Shown here piece after piece: positions 48,816 to 57,730 of a DNA stretch of 64,000 bases; within the stretch, counting starts at the first letter, position 1; each line of letters starts with the position of its first letter. Made by a program: the position numbers and the translations under genes. Source of the stretch: Spirochaetia bacterium. GTDB lineage: Bacteria; Spirochaetota; Spirochaetia; SZUA-6; Bin103. The notes under the pieces are model-generated. The model was not told the origin of the DNA and did no database searches. It worked only from the letters and a program-made list of their open reading frames with translations. The stretch is taken from contig CBDBDQ010000005.1 of NCBI GenBank assembly GCA_965203905.1, positions 7,296,001 through 7,360,000 on the forward strand. The letters are read 5' to 3'.

Positions 48816-49742
48816 TCAGCCTTTCAGGGAGCCAATCATGACCCCCTTGATGAAGTGCTTCTGCACGAACGGATAGATGCACAGCACCGGCACGCTGGCC
48901 ACGATGATGATCGCGAACTTGATCAGTTCCATCAGTCCGAGCCGGCCCTCGTCGATCAGCGCCGCGTCCAGGTCCTGCATCATGTCGACGTCGATGTCGT
49001 TGATGATCAGCACTTGGCGCAGAAAAAGCTGCAGCGGAAACAGGTTCTGATCGTGCAGGTAGAGCAGCGCGGGGAAGTAGGAGTTCCAGTGCCCGACCGC
49101 GTAGAACAGCACGTTCACCGCGGTGATCGCACCCGACAGCGGAATCACCACCCGCCACACGAACGAGAAGTCGTTGGCGCCGTCGATCTTGGCGGCCTCC
49201 AGCAGCTCGCTCGGGACGTAGGACTGGTAGTAGGTGCGGGTGATGATCACGTTCCACACCCCCAACGCGGTCGGCAGCAGCATCGCCCAGCGGGTGTTCA
49301 TGATGCCCAGCTTCTGAATCAGCACGTAGGTGGGGATCAGCCCGCCGTGAAACAGCAGGGTGAAGGTCATCAGGAACATGATGAAGCCGCGTCCGGCCAT
49401 GTCGCGCCGCGACAGCGGGTAGGCGGCCAGGATCGTCAGCACCACGTTGATGCCGGTGCCCACCACGGTGTAGACCAGCGTGTTGGCGTAACCGATCCAG
49501 GTCTTGGAGTAGTTGAGCACCGCGCGGTAGCCGTCCAGCGAGAGGTCCACCGGCCACAGCCACACGTGCCCGCTCAGCACCGCCTTCACCGAACTGAACG
49601 ACGAGCTGACGATGTACACCAGCGGATAGAGCACGATCAGCAGGGCGAAGGCCAGGAACAGGTGGTTGAACGCCGAGTAGACGCGGTCGCCGCGCGACAG
49701 GCGGATGCTGCGGCGCTCGGCGAGCTGCTGGTCGGCGATCAT
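48816..49742 (-). CDS. Carbohydrate ABC permease (LplC-like)
   Basis: 'AAYPLSR', 'GGLIPTY', 'ELLEAAKIDGA', 'YAVGHWNSYF', 'YPFVQKHFIKGVMIGSLKG'. Confidence 0.93.
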   Translation of the reverse strand: MIADQQLAERRSIRLSRGDRVYSAFNHLFLAFALLIVLYPLVYIVSSSFSSVKAVLSGHVWLWPVDLSLDGYRAVLNYSKTWIGYANTLVYTVVGTGINVVLTILAAYPLSRRDMAGRGFIMFLMTFTLLFHGGLIPTYVLIQKLGIMNTRWAMLLPTALGVWNVIITRTYYQSYVPSELLEAAKIDGANDFSFVWRVVIPLSGAITAVNVLFYAVGHWNSYFPALLYLHDQNLFPLQLFLRQVLIINDIDVDMMQDLDAALIDEGRLGLMELIKFAIIIVASVPVLCIYPFVQKHFIKGVMIGSLKG

Positions 49743-49752
49743 GCGGCCGCCC

Positions 49753-50754
49753 CTACCACAGGCTGGTGTCGCTGACCCGCCGCGCCAGGGCGTTCACCGC
49801 CACCAGCATGACCAGGTTCACCACCGAGTTGAACAGCCCCACCGCCGCGGCATAGGAGAAGTTGGGGGGCTGCCAGGCGATGCCGCGCTTGTAGACGAAG
49901 GTCTGGATCACCTCGCTGGTCTCCAGGTTCATGGCGTTCTGCAGCAGGAACACCTTCTCGAAGCCGACGCTCATCAGGTTGCCGACGTTGAGGATCAGCA
50001 GGATGATCGCGGTGGGCATGATCGCCGGCAGGTCGATGTGCCAGTTGCGCTGCAGCATGCCGGCGCCGTCCACGATCGCCGCCTCGTGCAGCTCCGGCGA
50101 CACCGAGGCCAGCGCCGCCAGGAAGATGATCGACGCGTAGCCCGCCTGCTGCCAGATGCCGGAGAACACGTAGATGGTCTGGAACCACTCCGGGCGCCCC
50201 ATGAAGCCGATCGGCTGCAGCCCGAACGCGGCGATGAACTTGTTGACGATGCCCACGCTCGGCGACAGGAACTGGATGATCATCCCGCACATCACCACCG
50301 TGGAGATGAAGTGGGGGGCGTAGGTGACGAGTTGCACCGTCTTCTTGAAGCGCCGCGCCTGGCTGTTGTTGAGCGCGATCGCCAGGATGATCGGCACCGG
50401 GAACCCGGCCACCAGCAAGTAGGCGCTGATGCTGATGGTGTTGCGCACGACGCGCTGGAACTGGAACGACTTGAAGAACGCGATGAAGTGATCCAGGCCG
50501 ATCCACTCGCTGCCCCAGATGCCGAGCGCGGCGCGGTACTTCTTGAACGCCAGTTGCGCCCCGTACATCGGCACGTAGTGAAAGATCACCAGGTACACCA
50601 GCGGCAGCGCCACCAGCACGTAGAGCTGCCAGTTGTGCGCCAGCGTCTTGCGCAGGCGGGCGGGAAGCGGCCTCCGGCCGGCCAGCGGCTCGGCCAACGT
50701 CGTGTCCCCTGGGCTTCGCATCGCCGTCATCGCGTTCTCCGGAGAGGGTGCCAC
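49753..50754 (-). CDS. Polysaccharide ABC permease (LplB-like)
   Basis: 'YVPMYG', 'APHFISTVV', 'ELHEAAIVDGA', 'GFEKVFLLQN', 'AVGLFNS'; start chosen after RBS GGAGG. Confidence 0.92.
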   Translation of the reverse strand: MAPSPENAMTAMRSPGDTTLAEPLAGRRPLPARLRKTLAHNWQLYVLVALPLVYLVIFHYVPMYGAQLAFKKYRAALGIWGSEWIGLDHFIAFFKSFQFQRVVRNTISISAYLLVAGFPVPIILAIALNNSQARRFKKTVQLVTYAPHFISTVVMCGMIIQFLSPSVGIVNKFIAAFGLQPIGFMGRPEWFQTIYVFSGIWQQAGYASIIFLAALASVSPELHEAAIVDGAGMLQRNWHIDLPAIMPTAIILLILNVGNLMSVGFEKVFLLQNAMNLETSEVIQTFVYKRGIAWQPPNFSYAAAVGLFNSVVNLVMLVAVNALARRVSDTSLW

Positions 50755-50823
50755 ATCGTCCCTCCCGTGGCCAGCGCACGCCGCCCCATTGTGCCCCGTG
50801 GCGGCCACCCGGCGGTGCGCGGG

Positions 50824-50946
50824 CTACGCGGAGACGGTCCTGGCGAGGCGGAGGCCGAGGTTGTTGTTGGCCGTGCGCATGTAGCCCGGCTTGGCATACC
50901 AGGAGCCGCCGCGGATCCCCCGGTTGGTGCAGTCGCCCTGCTGCTC
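50824..50946 (-). pseudogene. C-terminal remnant of a formylglycine-generating enzyme (SUMF1/FGE) family gene
   Basis: 'GDCTNRGIRGGSWYAKPGYMRTAN|NNLGLRLART' with the usual spacer between motifs missing; no N-terminus. Confidence 0.75.
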
Positions 50947-51132
50947 CCGGCGCGTGGTTCAGGCGACGTCATCGCGCTACGAGTTCCGGGCCCGGTGTGA
51001 GTTCGAGCCCCAGGGTGGCGAGCGGAAGTGATGGCGTGGCGTACCCTCCCAACGCCCGGCTCCTGCCGGCGATCGAGGTCAAATGGTATAGTGCGCCGTT
51101 ACTTCCCCGGCGGACCGGCCGCCTTGCGTCGC

Positions 51133-51198
51133 TTGGCCAGGGCGGCCACGAAGCATGAACGACGCCAGTACGAGGTGAGCCATGAGACAAGAACATGA
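51133..51198 (+). pseudogene. C-terminal stub of a BrnT-like toxin
   Basis: 'LARAATKHERRQYE' resembles the BrnT 'SARKAT..ERK.YE' tail and overlaps the antitoxin start. Confidence 0.6.
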
Positions 51199-51382
51199 CT
51201 TTTCGAAGGGAGAACGTGGCAGATTCTACCACGAAAGTACGAAGCTGAGCTTACCGGTCTATCTGGAGGAAGGCGTGTGGCGCTACCTCGATGAGCGGGC
51301 AGAATCGAAGGGCGTGGAGGTCTCCCAACTTGTCAACGAAATGCTGCGTCAGGACATAGCGTTGATCGAGACCGTGAAGTAG
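51182..51382 (+). CDS. BrnA/CopG-like antitoxin
   Basis: 'MRQEHDFSKGERGRFY..PVYLE..LVNEMLR'. Confidence 0.75.
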   Translation: MRQEHDFSKGERGRFYHESTKLSLPVYLEEGVWRYLDERAESKGVEVSQLVNEMLRQDIALIETVK

Positions 51383-51397
51383 GGTCAACCGGTTCCG

Positions 51398-51525
51398 GCG
51401 AACGAGGCGAGTGGCAACGGTCTTCGCGTTTTCTGAGCGACGTGATCACGGAGACGGGATCCACGACTGCATCGCCGGCGAGAAGGTGAAACAGGAATTC
51501 CTGGCGGCCTACCTGAGCATGACCG
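51398..51525 (+). pseudogene. Third, degenerate fragment of the AAA-ATPase/nuclease gene
   Basis: Frameshifted 'ANE..EW..FLSDVI..HDCIAGEKVKQEFLAAYLSM' aligns to 'ANEGEW..YLSEAI..RDYIGGEKV..GFLAAYLSV'. Confidence 0.75.
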
Positions 51526-51839
51526 GAGTAGCCAGGCTCCTTGCACCAGCCTGATCGAAGCTGCAGTGTCGGGCCCTACCGAAGGGATGCCTCGTGAGCA
51601 GCTCAGGCCGCTGTTGGCCTACTGGCACGCTGCTATGGCGCCTCGCTACCGCTGCACATCGGTGACTCGGAGGATGCACGGATGAATGCCAGGTGATCGT
51701 CCTACCCCGGCGCGATCTCGACCCCATCCCGCAGCAAGATCAGGATAGTACCGCCGCAGCAAGCGTGGTTACTGCGACCGATTGCAGACGCCGGTGACAG
51801 ATGGGACGGAGCTAACACCGGAAGCGACTGTGCCTTGCC

Positions 51840-52483
51840 TCATGTTGTCCTCGGATGTATGGTAGCGGCAAACCTCCCCGCCGTCCGGGTCCACGTGGCT
51901 TGAACTGGCGGGCTTTTTCTTATTTCGAAACGCTGCGACACGTCATCGACCCACACCAGCGTTCGCCATGGCTTCCTGGAGGGATGAAAGAGCCTTGCAG
52001 TTTCATCCTGGCAGCGACGGAGCGCAGTACGGATGGCGTTCGGCTCTGCAGCACCGGCTCTGAGCAGGGACGGGATGACCGGAGCAACCGTCGACTGATC
52101 TGTGTTGCGATACCGGTGTATTGCGTGCAGAGGAGACCAGGGATTCCATGCTGATAGCACGCCGCGACTATCTCGTCACCGTCGAATGACGAGTATCCAC
52201 AGCGGGACTTCAATCGATAGGTGCACAGCACTGCCTGCGCTCTGTGCTGCACTCCTGCGACGAAATGGTCGAGATCCGCTATGGGTCCTGCTTCAGGGAC
52301 CGGTGTGATCCCCAGGTCCTCGATCGAGTACGCGTATCCCTCCCGCGCTCTCGCATCGTCGTCGATCACCAGAATCCGGTCGATCGCGTCCGCGCTCCTG
52401 GTCACGTCAGGTCCCCAGGAGCGGAAGTTGCCCGGTGATCTCCGCCGCTCCGAGGTCGCCGTGCCCTCGGGCGGCGACTTCAC
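51840..52483 (-). pseudogene. Response-regulator receiver-like protein, frameshifted near 52079
   Basis: 'RILVIDDD..AVLCTYRL..FDGDEIV..IPGLLCTQY' continues in another frame as 'IPSLL..RKPWRTLVWVDDV'. Confidence 0.65.
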
Positions 52484-52544
52484 CTTTCCAGTCGACGCCC
52501 GCCGCCGACGCGTTTCCTGCTTCGTTCACTGTACCTGCAGTTTA

Positions 52545-53171
52545 TCAGTTCGGCGTGTCCCGTCCGGCAGCCGGCTTCGATGGAGAAGGCGTAGTCTGCG
52601 CCGGTGGGCTGTTATTGCGTAGCGGCTCCATCCGGGGATACAGAGTAGATTGCTTGGGATCGTTGACCTTAGGCGCCTCCCCTATACGGGAACGGGAACG
52701 GATCGCATCCGCTATTGGTGCGAGTCGTGATGGACCTGAGAACATTCCTTCCGTGGCGATCCTTCGAATTTCAGCGACTTCCATCGTCGCCATGAACTTG
52801 AACACTCTAGCAACGGAGTCGCGTCTCGATTTCGGTTCGGCCTGATCGATCCTATAGATCTGATAGAAATTGCGAACATCACCAAGGCTTGGCAGGAAAG
52901 ACTTGCTCTCGAACAGTTCCGCAAGCTCCACCAGTACTGTTCTCGTTTCCTCATCAAGTTCCATCTTGGCGACACACTCTAGTGCGTTCATCCTGCTCCT
53001 ATTCTTCTTCTTGGAAGTAGCGGAGTCAGCGTTGTCTACTTCTCTGTGTGGTTCTCGGCGATTGGTGGAATCGCGTGATGCAGCAACATCACGAAGATTC
53101 TCTTGAACCCTATCCAATCCGTATTGACGAACCAATGAACGCAATGAGTCTCTGAGTTTCGTGTCCCTCAT
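52545..53171 (-). CDS. Hypothetical protein coupled to the ParA-like ATPase
   Basis: ATGA overlap with the ParA stop; lower GC; 208-aa ORF. Confidence 0.75.
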   Translation of the reverse strand: MRDTKLRDSLRSLVRQYGLDRVQENLRDVAASRDSTNRREPHREVDNADSATSKKKNRSRMNALECVAKMELDEETRTVLVELAELFESKSFLPSLGDVRNFYQIYRIDQAEPKSRRDSVARVFKFMATMEVAEIRRIATEGMFSGPSRLAPIADAIRSRSRIGEAPKVNDPKQSTLYPRMEPLRNNSPPAQTTPSPSKPAAGRDTPN

Positions 53172-54040
53172 GACTGCGTACCACCCGTATCTGTTGTGCC
53201 GTGTAAGAGTTTCTCGAAGAACTCCCGTGCGAAGTGTTCAAAGAGGATAGCATCGCCGAGATGATGGTAGTCTCCGCGCATCATCTTTGGAAAGCCGCGC
53301 GAGAACGGGATCTGGTTGTCGAATACGAACCATCCGCTCTGGCGTGCTTCGGAACGTATCTCCATAATCGATCTCTTTCTTTCGGGGCCACCTCTGTTCC
53401 CACTGTAGTGATAGGAAGAGTTGATGATGACAACGCCAATCACATCAATCTGATGGCCTCGGTTGTCGTTTCTGAACTTGCTGAGGGAGTCATTCAGCAG
53501 CGGAAATCCAATGGTTGCGAAGTACTCCGGTCTAACAGGAACTAGGACGTAGCGTGAGGCATGATATGCGGCTTGTGTGAATATGGACTCGGTCGGGGCA
53601 CAATCGACGATGATGAGATCCATGTCCTGAAAGTTCTGGGAGATGATTCGTGCCAAGATCCGTGCATCGGGTCTGATCGATCCAATCAGGTGATCCGAGA
53701 AATCGAATCTTGATGGAATAAGCCGTAAGTTAGGCTCAACATCCTTCGTCGCTTGATCGATGTCAAGTGACGTCGGTGATGACGCCGAGCCCGATGGAGG
53801 CTGGTATCCGTTGAACATCTCGACAATAGACGGTGAATGATCCCTCAGAAACCGCCGATATGAATGATCTCCCAGCAAAGCCTGCGAAAGATTCGCCTGC
53901 GGGTCGAGGTCAACTGCTAGAACCTTCAAATCGGCTTCCCTTGACGCGTGTCGGCACAGCAGCGAAGCGACGGTGGTCTTACCAACTCCGCCCTTCATGT
54001 TGATCACGGAAACGCAGATTGGACGATGATTAGCTATCAT
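53168..54040 (-). CDS. ParA family ATPase (no adjacent ParB)
   Basis: 'NMKGGVGKTT', 'DLDPQANLS', 'IIVDCAP'; RBS AAGGA before ATG 54040. Confidence 0.88.
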   Translation of the reverse strand: MIANHRPICVSVINMKGGVGKTTVASLLCRHASREADLKVLAVDLDPQANLSQALLGDHSYRRFLRDHSPSIVEMFNGYQPPSGSASSPTSLDIDQATKDVEPNLRLIPSRFDFSDHLIGSIRPDARILARIISQNFQDMDLIIVDCAPTESIFTQAAYHASRYVLVPVRPEYFATIGFPLLNDSLSKFRNDNRGHQIDVIGVVIINSSYHYSGNRGGPERKRSIMEIRSEARQSGWFVFDNQIPFSRGFPKMMRGDYHHLGDAILFEHFAREFFEKLLHGTTDTGGTQS

Positions 54041-54186
54041 TAGGAATTCCTTCTCGAATCCGCCATCGACTCGTCGAAGATGAGTCGTTCGAACGCGACA
54101 TAACACCGATGGCGCGTGGATTAGCCTGACTGGTCTACAGGGCAACGTGCCACTACGGAAAAGGGACGGCGCGTGATCGGCTGCAA

Positions 54187-54780
54187 CTATGCCAGGCACG
54201 TCTCTCCATTCCCTTGTCGCGATACGCTCGGCTTGAGCAGTGGCAGACGTACCGTGTCGCATCTGTTCCAGCGAGTGTCGGAAGATCGCAACTGGATTGA
54301 ACGCCATAGGCGCAGCCTCAGATCGGACAGCGGTGGTGCCGTATGGGGGCCGGGGTGCCCATGCGGATGCCTCTCGAACAGAAGATCCCACAGGTAGCGG
54401 TAGCTCTGTCCGTGCAGGCTCTCACTGATGACGTGCATCCCGCCGGGCAGCGGCAGCTCGGCGAGCTTCGCGTTGCCGAGCCGATCCGCCCATGTCCACA
54501 GCCCGCTGCGCGCGGGCTCCGGCGCGATGAAGGTGTGGTACAGCATTGCCATCAGGTGCGACTTGCCCTGTCCGCGCTCGCCGATCAGCACGAAGGGCCG
54601 CCCGTGCCCGGCGCCCACCGTCTCGATCGCGGCGAGAGCGTCCGCCGACGGATAGGTGATCTCGAGGAAGTCTGCGGCCGCGATCTGCGTGGCGCCCGTG
54701 TTGCTGGAGTTGGTCAGCTCGATCGCCGTGCCCTTGAGCCGGCGCCCGCGAAACTCCTTGCGCAGCGTCAGATGAAGCAT
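54187..54780 (-). pseudogene. Truncated N-terminus of an anti-phage-associated DUF499 AAA+ ATPase
   Basis: 'LTLRKEFRGRRLKGTAIEL..FLEITYP..IGERGQGKSHLMA' recognised from memory; similarity appears to end near 54358, far short of full length. Confidence 0.75.
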
Positions 54781-54900
54781 TGCGTCAGTCTACCCCACCA
54801 CAGCCCACCTTGCCCTCTCGCTGATGGTCCGTTGCGTGCCATGCGGGCCCGATGATAGCCCAACCGGCGCACGCTGGCAGTGCCAACGGCGAATCTAAGG

Positions 54901-55608
54901 TCAGTGCGGCATCTGATCCCAGGTTCGGCCGTCGAGCGTCCGCCCCGTCCGCTTCTTGAACACGCCTCCCCACTGTTTGAAGAAGAACGGCACCTCGCTG
55001 GTTACACAGTTGTCGCGGATGGCGCGTACCCAATCAGCGTCCATGGGCCGTGCGCCCGGGCCCGACTCACCGCCGACGATCACCCAGTCGATACCCTCCA
55101 GCGCAAGGTGCGGCAACGGTCCGAGCAGGGGCTCGATTGACAGGAACCTCGTTTGGGCGCCGGTCTCCTTGAGTGCCGCCAGCCGTCCGAGCCACTGTTC
55201 CGACTCTATGCTCGTACCGAGCCAGATGTTCGGAGTCCAGTGCAAACGACGGTTCAACTCGACGACGCGGCGCGGCCGCTTGGTAAGCACCTGAAAGGTG
55301 TGGCGGGATGCCCGGTTCATGACCTCGAAGACGGCTTCGATGAACGCGGACGGTACCGAGTCGTGGAACAGGTCGGACATGGAATTGACGAACACGAGCC
55401 TTGGCCGACGCCACTTCAGCGGCTCTCCGAGAGTCGACTCGTGTACGGCGACCGAGAATCCGCCCCGGTACTTAGCCACTCCCATGGCCTGCAGTCTCCT
55501 GGACAACCGCTCCGCGTAGCAGAACTTGCACCCCGGGCTGATCTTCGAGCAGCCCGTGACCGGGTTCCAGGTGACCTCGGTCCACTCGATCGCGGAGCGC
55601 GTCGACAC
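54901..55608 (-). CDS. DUF5131 / phage Gp37-Gp68 family three-Cys-motif protein
   Basis: 'IEWTEVTWNPVTGCSKISPGCKFCYAE', 'FVNSMSDLFH', 'WVIVGGESG', 'FFFKQWGG'. Confidence 0.95.
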   Translation of the reverse strand: MSTRSAIEWTEVTWNPVTGCSKISPGCKFCYAERLSRRLQAMGVAKYRGGFSVAVHESTLGEPLKWRRPRLVFVNSMSDLFHDSVPSAFIEAVFEVMNRASRHTFQVLTKRPRRVVELNRRLHWTPNIWLGTSIESEQWLGRLAALKETGAQTRFLSIEPLLGPLPHLALEGIDWVIVGGESGPGARPMDADWVRAIRDNCVTSEVPFFFKQWGGVFKKRTGRTLDGRTWDQMPH

Positions 55609-55610
55609 CG

Positions 55611-56470
55611 TTACAGGTTCTCCAGGATGTGGCCCGCGATACGCTGCGCGGCGCCGATAGCCTTGCCACTACGACTGCCGACGCAGAACAGAAACTCGAA
55701 CAGCGGCGCGCTCGTGGAGTTTCGCAGAGTTCGCGACCGCTTGAGAAACCGGGCACCGAACAACATCGCAAGTTTGTTCTTGTAGATGTCGAGTAGTCCG
55801 TCCACGCCAGGATCCCTTTCATGCTCGACATTGCCAAACAGAGTCTGCTGCGGGTTTTGCCGGTACAACTCACGCCAACTGTCATCGCCGAACACCGTGG
55901 TCAGCCGGGCAACCCAGCCGGGTGCGATGTCGTCCGGTCTCCTCGCCGTCGGTAGCATTCGCGCTATCGCGGATACCGGAAACAGAATCCACGTGTCCAA
56001 CGCGTCGAATCCAGCTATCCGTTCGATGGTGGACCACTCCACCTCCGTAGCGAAGGGGTCAAGAAACAGGACGCCGCGCCAGCGACGCCAATCCTGATGA
56101 AGATCATGCAGAAACCTGTTCGCATCCGCGTTTACGATTTTAATGTCGCGGTCAGGCCACCCTGCTCTGAGACGTTCAAGCTCATCGCATCGCGCCGGTC
56201 CTTCTCGACGAATATCAACCTGTCGAATTGTTTGTCGCCTACGTCCAACGCTATCGTTGCCGGAACCGCGCATGAAGTCGGTAGCCTCAGGATCATCCTG
56301 CTGGAGCTCTACGTAACCGCTACCGCGAAGGCGTCGATATACATGAGCTGGAACGGCTGATTCTTCAGAGCCGTGGTATATGCGTTCAGGTACGTTTCGA
56401 GTATACCGAGCTTCTCGCGGGTCCATCGTCCGCCGTAGCGGGCTCTTGCTCCGGCTACGCGATCAGCCAC
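55611..56470 (-). pseudogene. tcmP: Three-Cys-motif partner protein TcmP with three frameshifts
   Basis: Reconstructed 'YGGRWTREKLGILETYLNAYTTALK..YIDAFA|GSG..GS|ATIALD..FDRLIFVEKD|PARC..FLDPF'; adjacent to DUF5131. Confidence 0.85.
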
Positions 56471-56489
56471 TCCAGTTCCACCCGCTGAA

Positions 56490-57551
56490 TCAGCCCGCGC
56501 TGCCCTGGACCGCGATCTTGATCACGGTCTCGCCGCCGAGGCGGTAGTCGCCGTTGAGGGCCTGGAAGCCGTTCTTCACCTCGGCCAGCGGCAGGATGTG
56601 GCTCACCAGGTCGGCGAACGGGAACTCCTGCTTCTCCAGGATCGGCATGGCGCGCACGAAGTGCTCGTAACGGGTGCCCCACACGGCCTCCAGGGTCAGG
56701 TTCTTGCGCATCAGGAGCTGGTTGATGTTGAAGTCGAGCGAGCCCATGTCGACGAAGTGCCCCACCTCGACGAAGGTGCCGCTGCGGCGCAGGTACTGCA
56801 GCCCCTCGGGGGTGGCCGGGAGGAAGCCGGCGCACTCCAGCACCACGTCCGCGCCCTCGCTCCGCGGCGTGTGCGACTTGACCAGCTCGATACGCTCCTC
56901 GACGGAGGTGACCTCGGCAATGTCGATGGTGACATCCGCGCCGCAGCGCCGCGCCAGCTCCAGCCGCTCCGGCGGCCCGCCCACCACGATCAGGGTGCCC
57001 GCGCCGCGCAACCTGGCGGCGATCAGGGTGAGCAGGCCGATAGCACCGCTGCCCTGCACCACCACCGTATCGCCGATCAGGATGTTGCCGCGCAGTGCCG
57101 CGTGCACGCCGACCGTGAACGGCTCGGTAATCACCGCCACGCGGGTAGGCGCGCCGGTCTTGATGAAGCAGGTAGTCGGAAGATTCAGGTAGATGTACTC
57201 GGCGAAGCCGCCGTTGAAGTGCGGCGCGCGGTCCGGGTCGGGAAGAAAGCCGTAGGCGCCGTAGCGGCCCTCGGTGCCGGGAGCGAAGATCACCCGGTCG
57301 CCCTCGCGCACCCGGTTGCCCACGTAGTCATGGGTGACGCCGGCCCCTAGCGAATCGATGATGCCGACGTTCTCGTGGCCCATGATCACTTCGCTCTCCA
57401 CCCCGTTCTGCCAGTTGTGCAGGTCGGTGCCGCAGATGCCGCCCAGCTCCTGGCGCAGCAGCACGGTGCCCGGCTCCGGATCCGGCACCGGGTACTCCCG
57501 CACGTCGAATTCCTGCCCCAACGCCACCACGGCGCGTCCGGTTCTGGCCAT
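56490..57551 (-). CDS. Zinc-binding alcohol dehydrogenase family protein
   Basis: 'GICGTD', 'MGHE', 'VQGSGAIG'; RBS GGAGG. Confidence 0.9.
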   Translation of the reverse strand: MARTGRAVVALGQEFDVREYPVPDPEPGTVLLRQELGGICGTDLHNWQNGVESEVIMGHENVGIIDSLGAGVTHDYVGNRVREGDRVIFAPGTEGRYGAYGFLPDPDRAPHFNGGFAEYIYLNLPTTCFIKTGAPTRVAVITEPFTVGVHAALRGNILIGDTVVVQGSGAIGLLTLIAARLRGAGTLIVVGGPPERLELARRCGADVTIDIAEVTSVEERIELVKSHTPRSEGADVVLECAGFLPATPEGLQYLRRSGTFVEVGHFVDMGSLDFNINQLLMRKNLTLEAVWGTRYEHFVRAMPILEKQEFPFADLVSHILPLAEVKNGFQALNGDYRLGGETVIKIAVQGSAG

Positions 57552-57730
57552 TGCCACCTCCGCGGACCAGCATGCCGCGAACCCGCGCCGAGTATCTACC
57601 GCACGTGGCGCGCCCGGCGGGCCGGGCCGGTCACGGCTCACGCCCCTTTGCCGGTGGTCCGCTCGCCGGTAAGCTGAAGCCGTCGCGGTGGCGGGTTCCC
57701 GGTACCGGCGGCGACGCAAGGAGGAGCGGT

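Noticed and set aside
53168-54040. Plasmid or prophage partition locus
   Set aside because: No ParB, parS repeats, rep gene or phage structural genes in the window.
56490-57551. Zn-dehydrogenase lacking the four-Cys structural zinc loop
   Set aside because: A known variant within the MDR superfamily.
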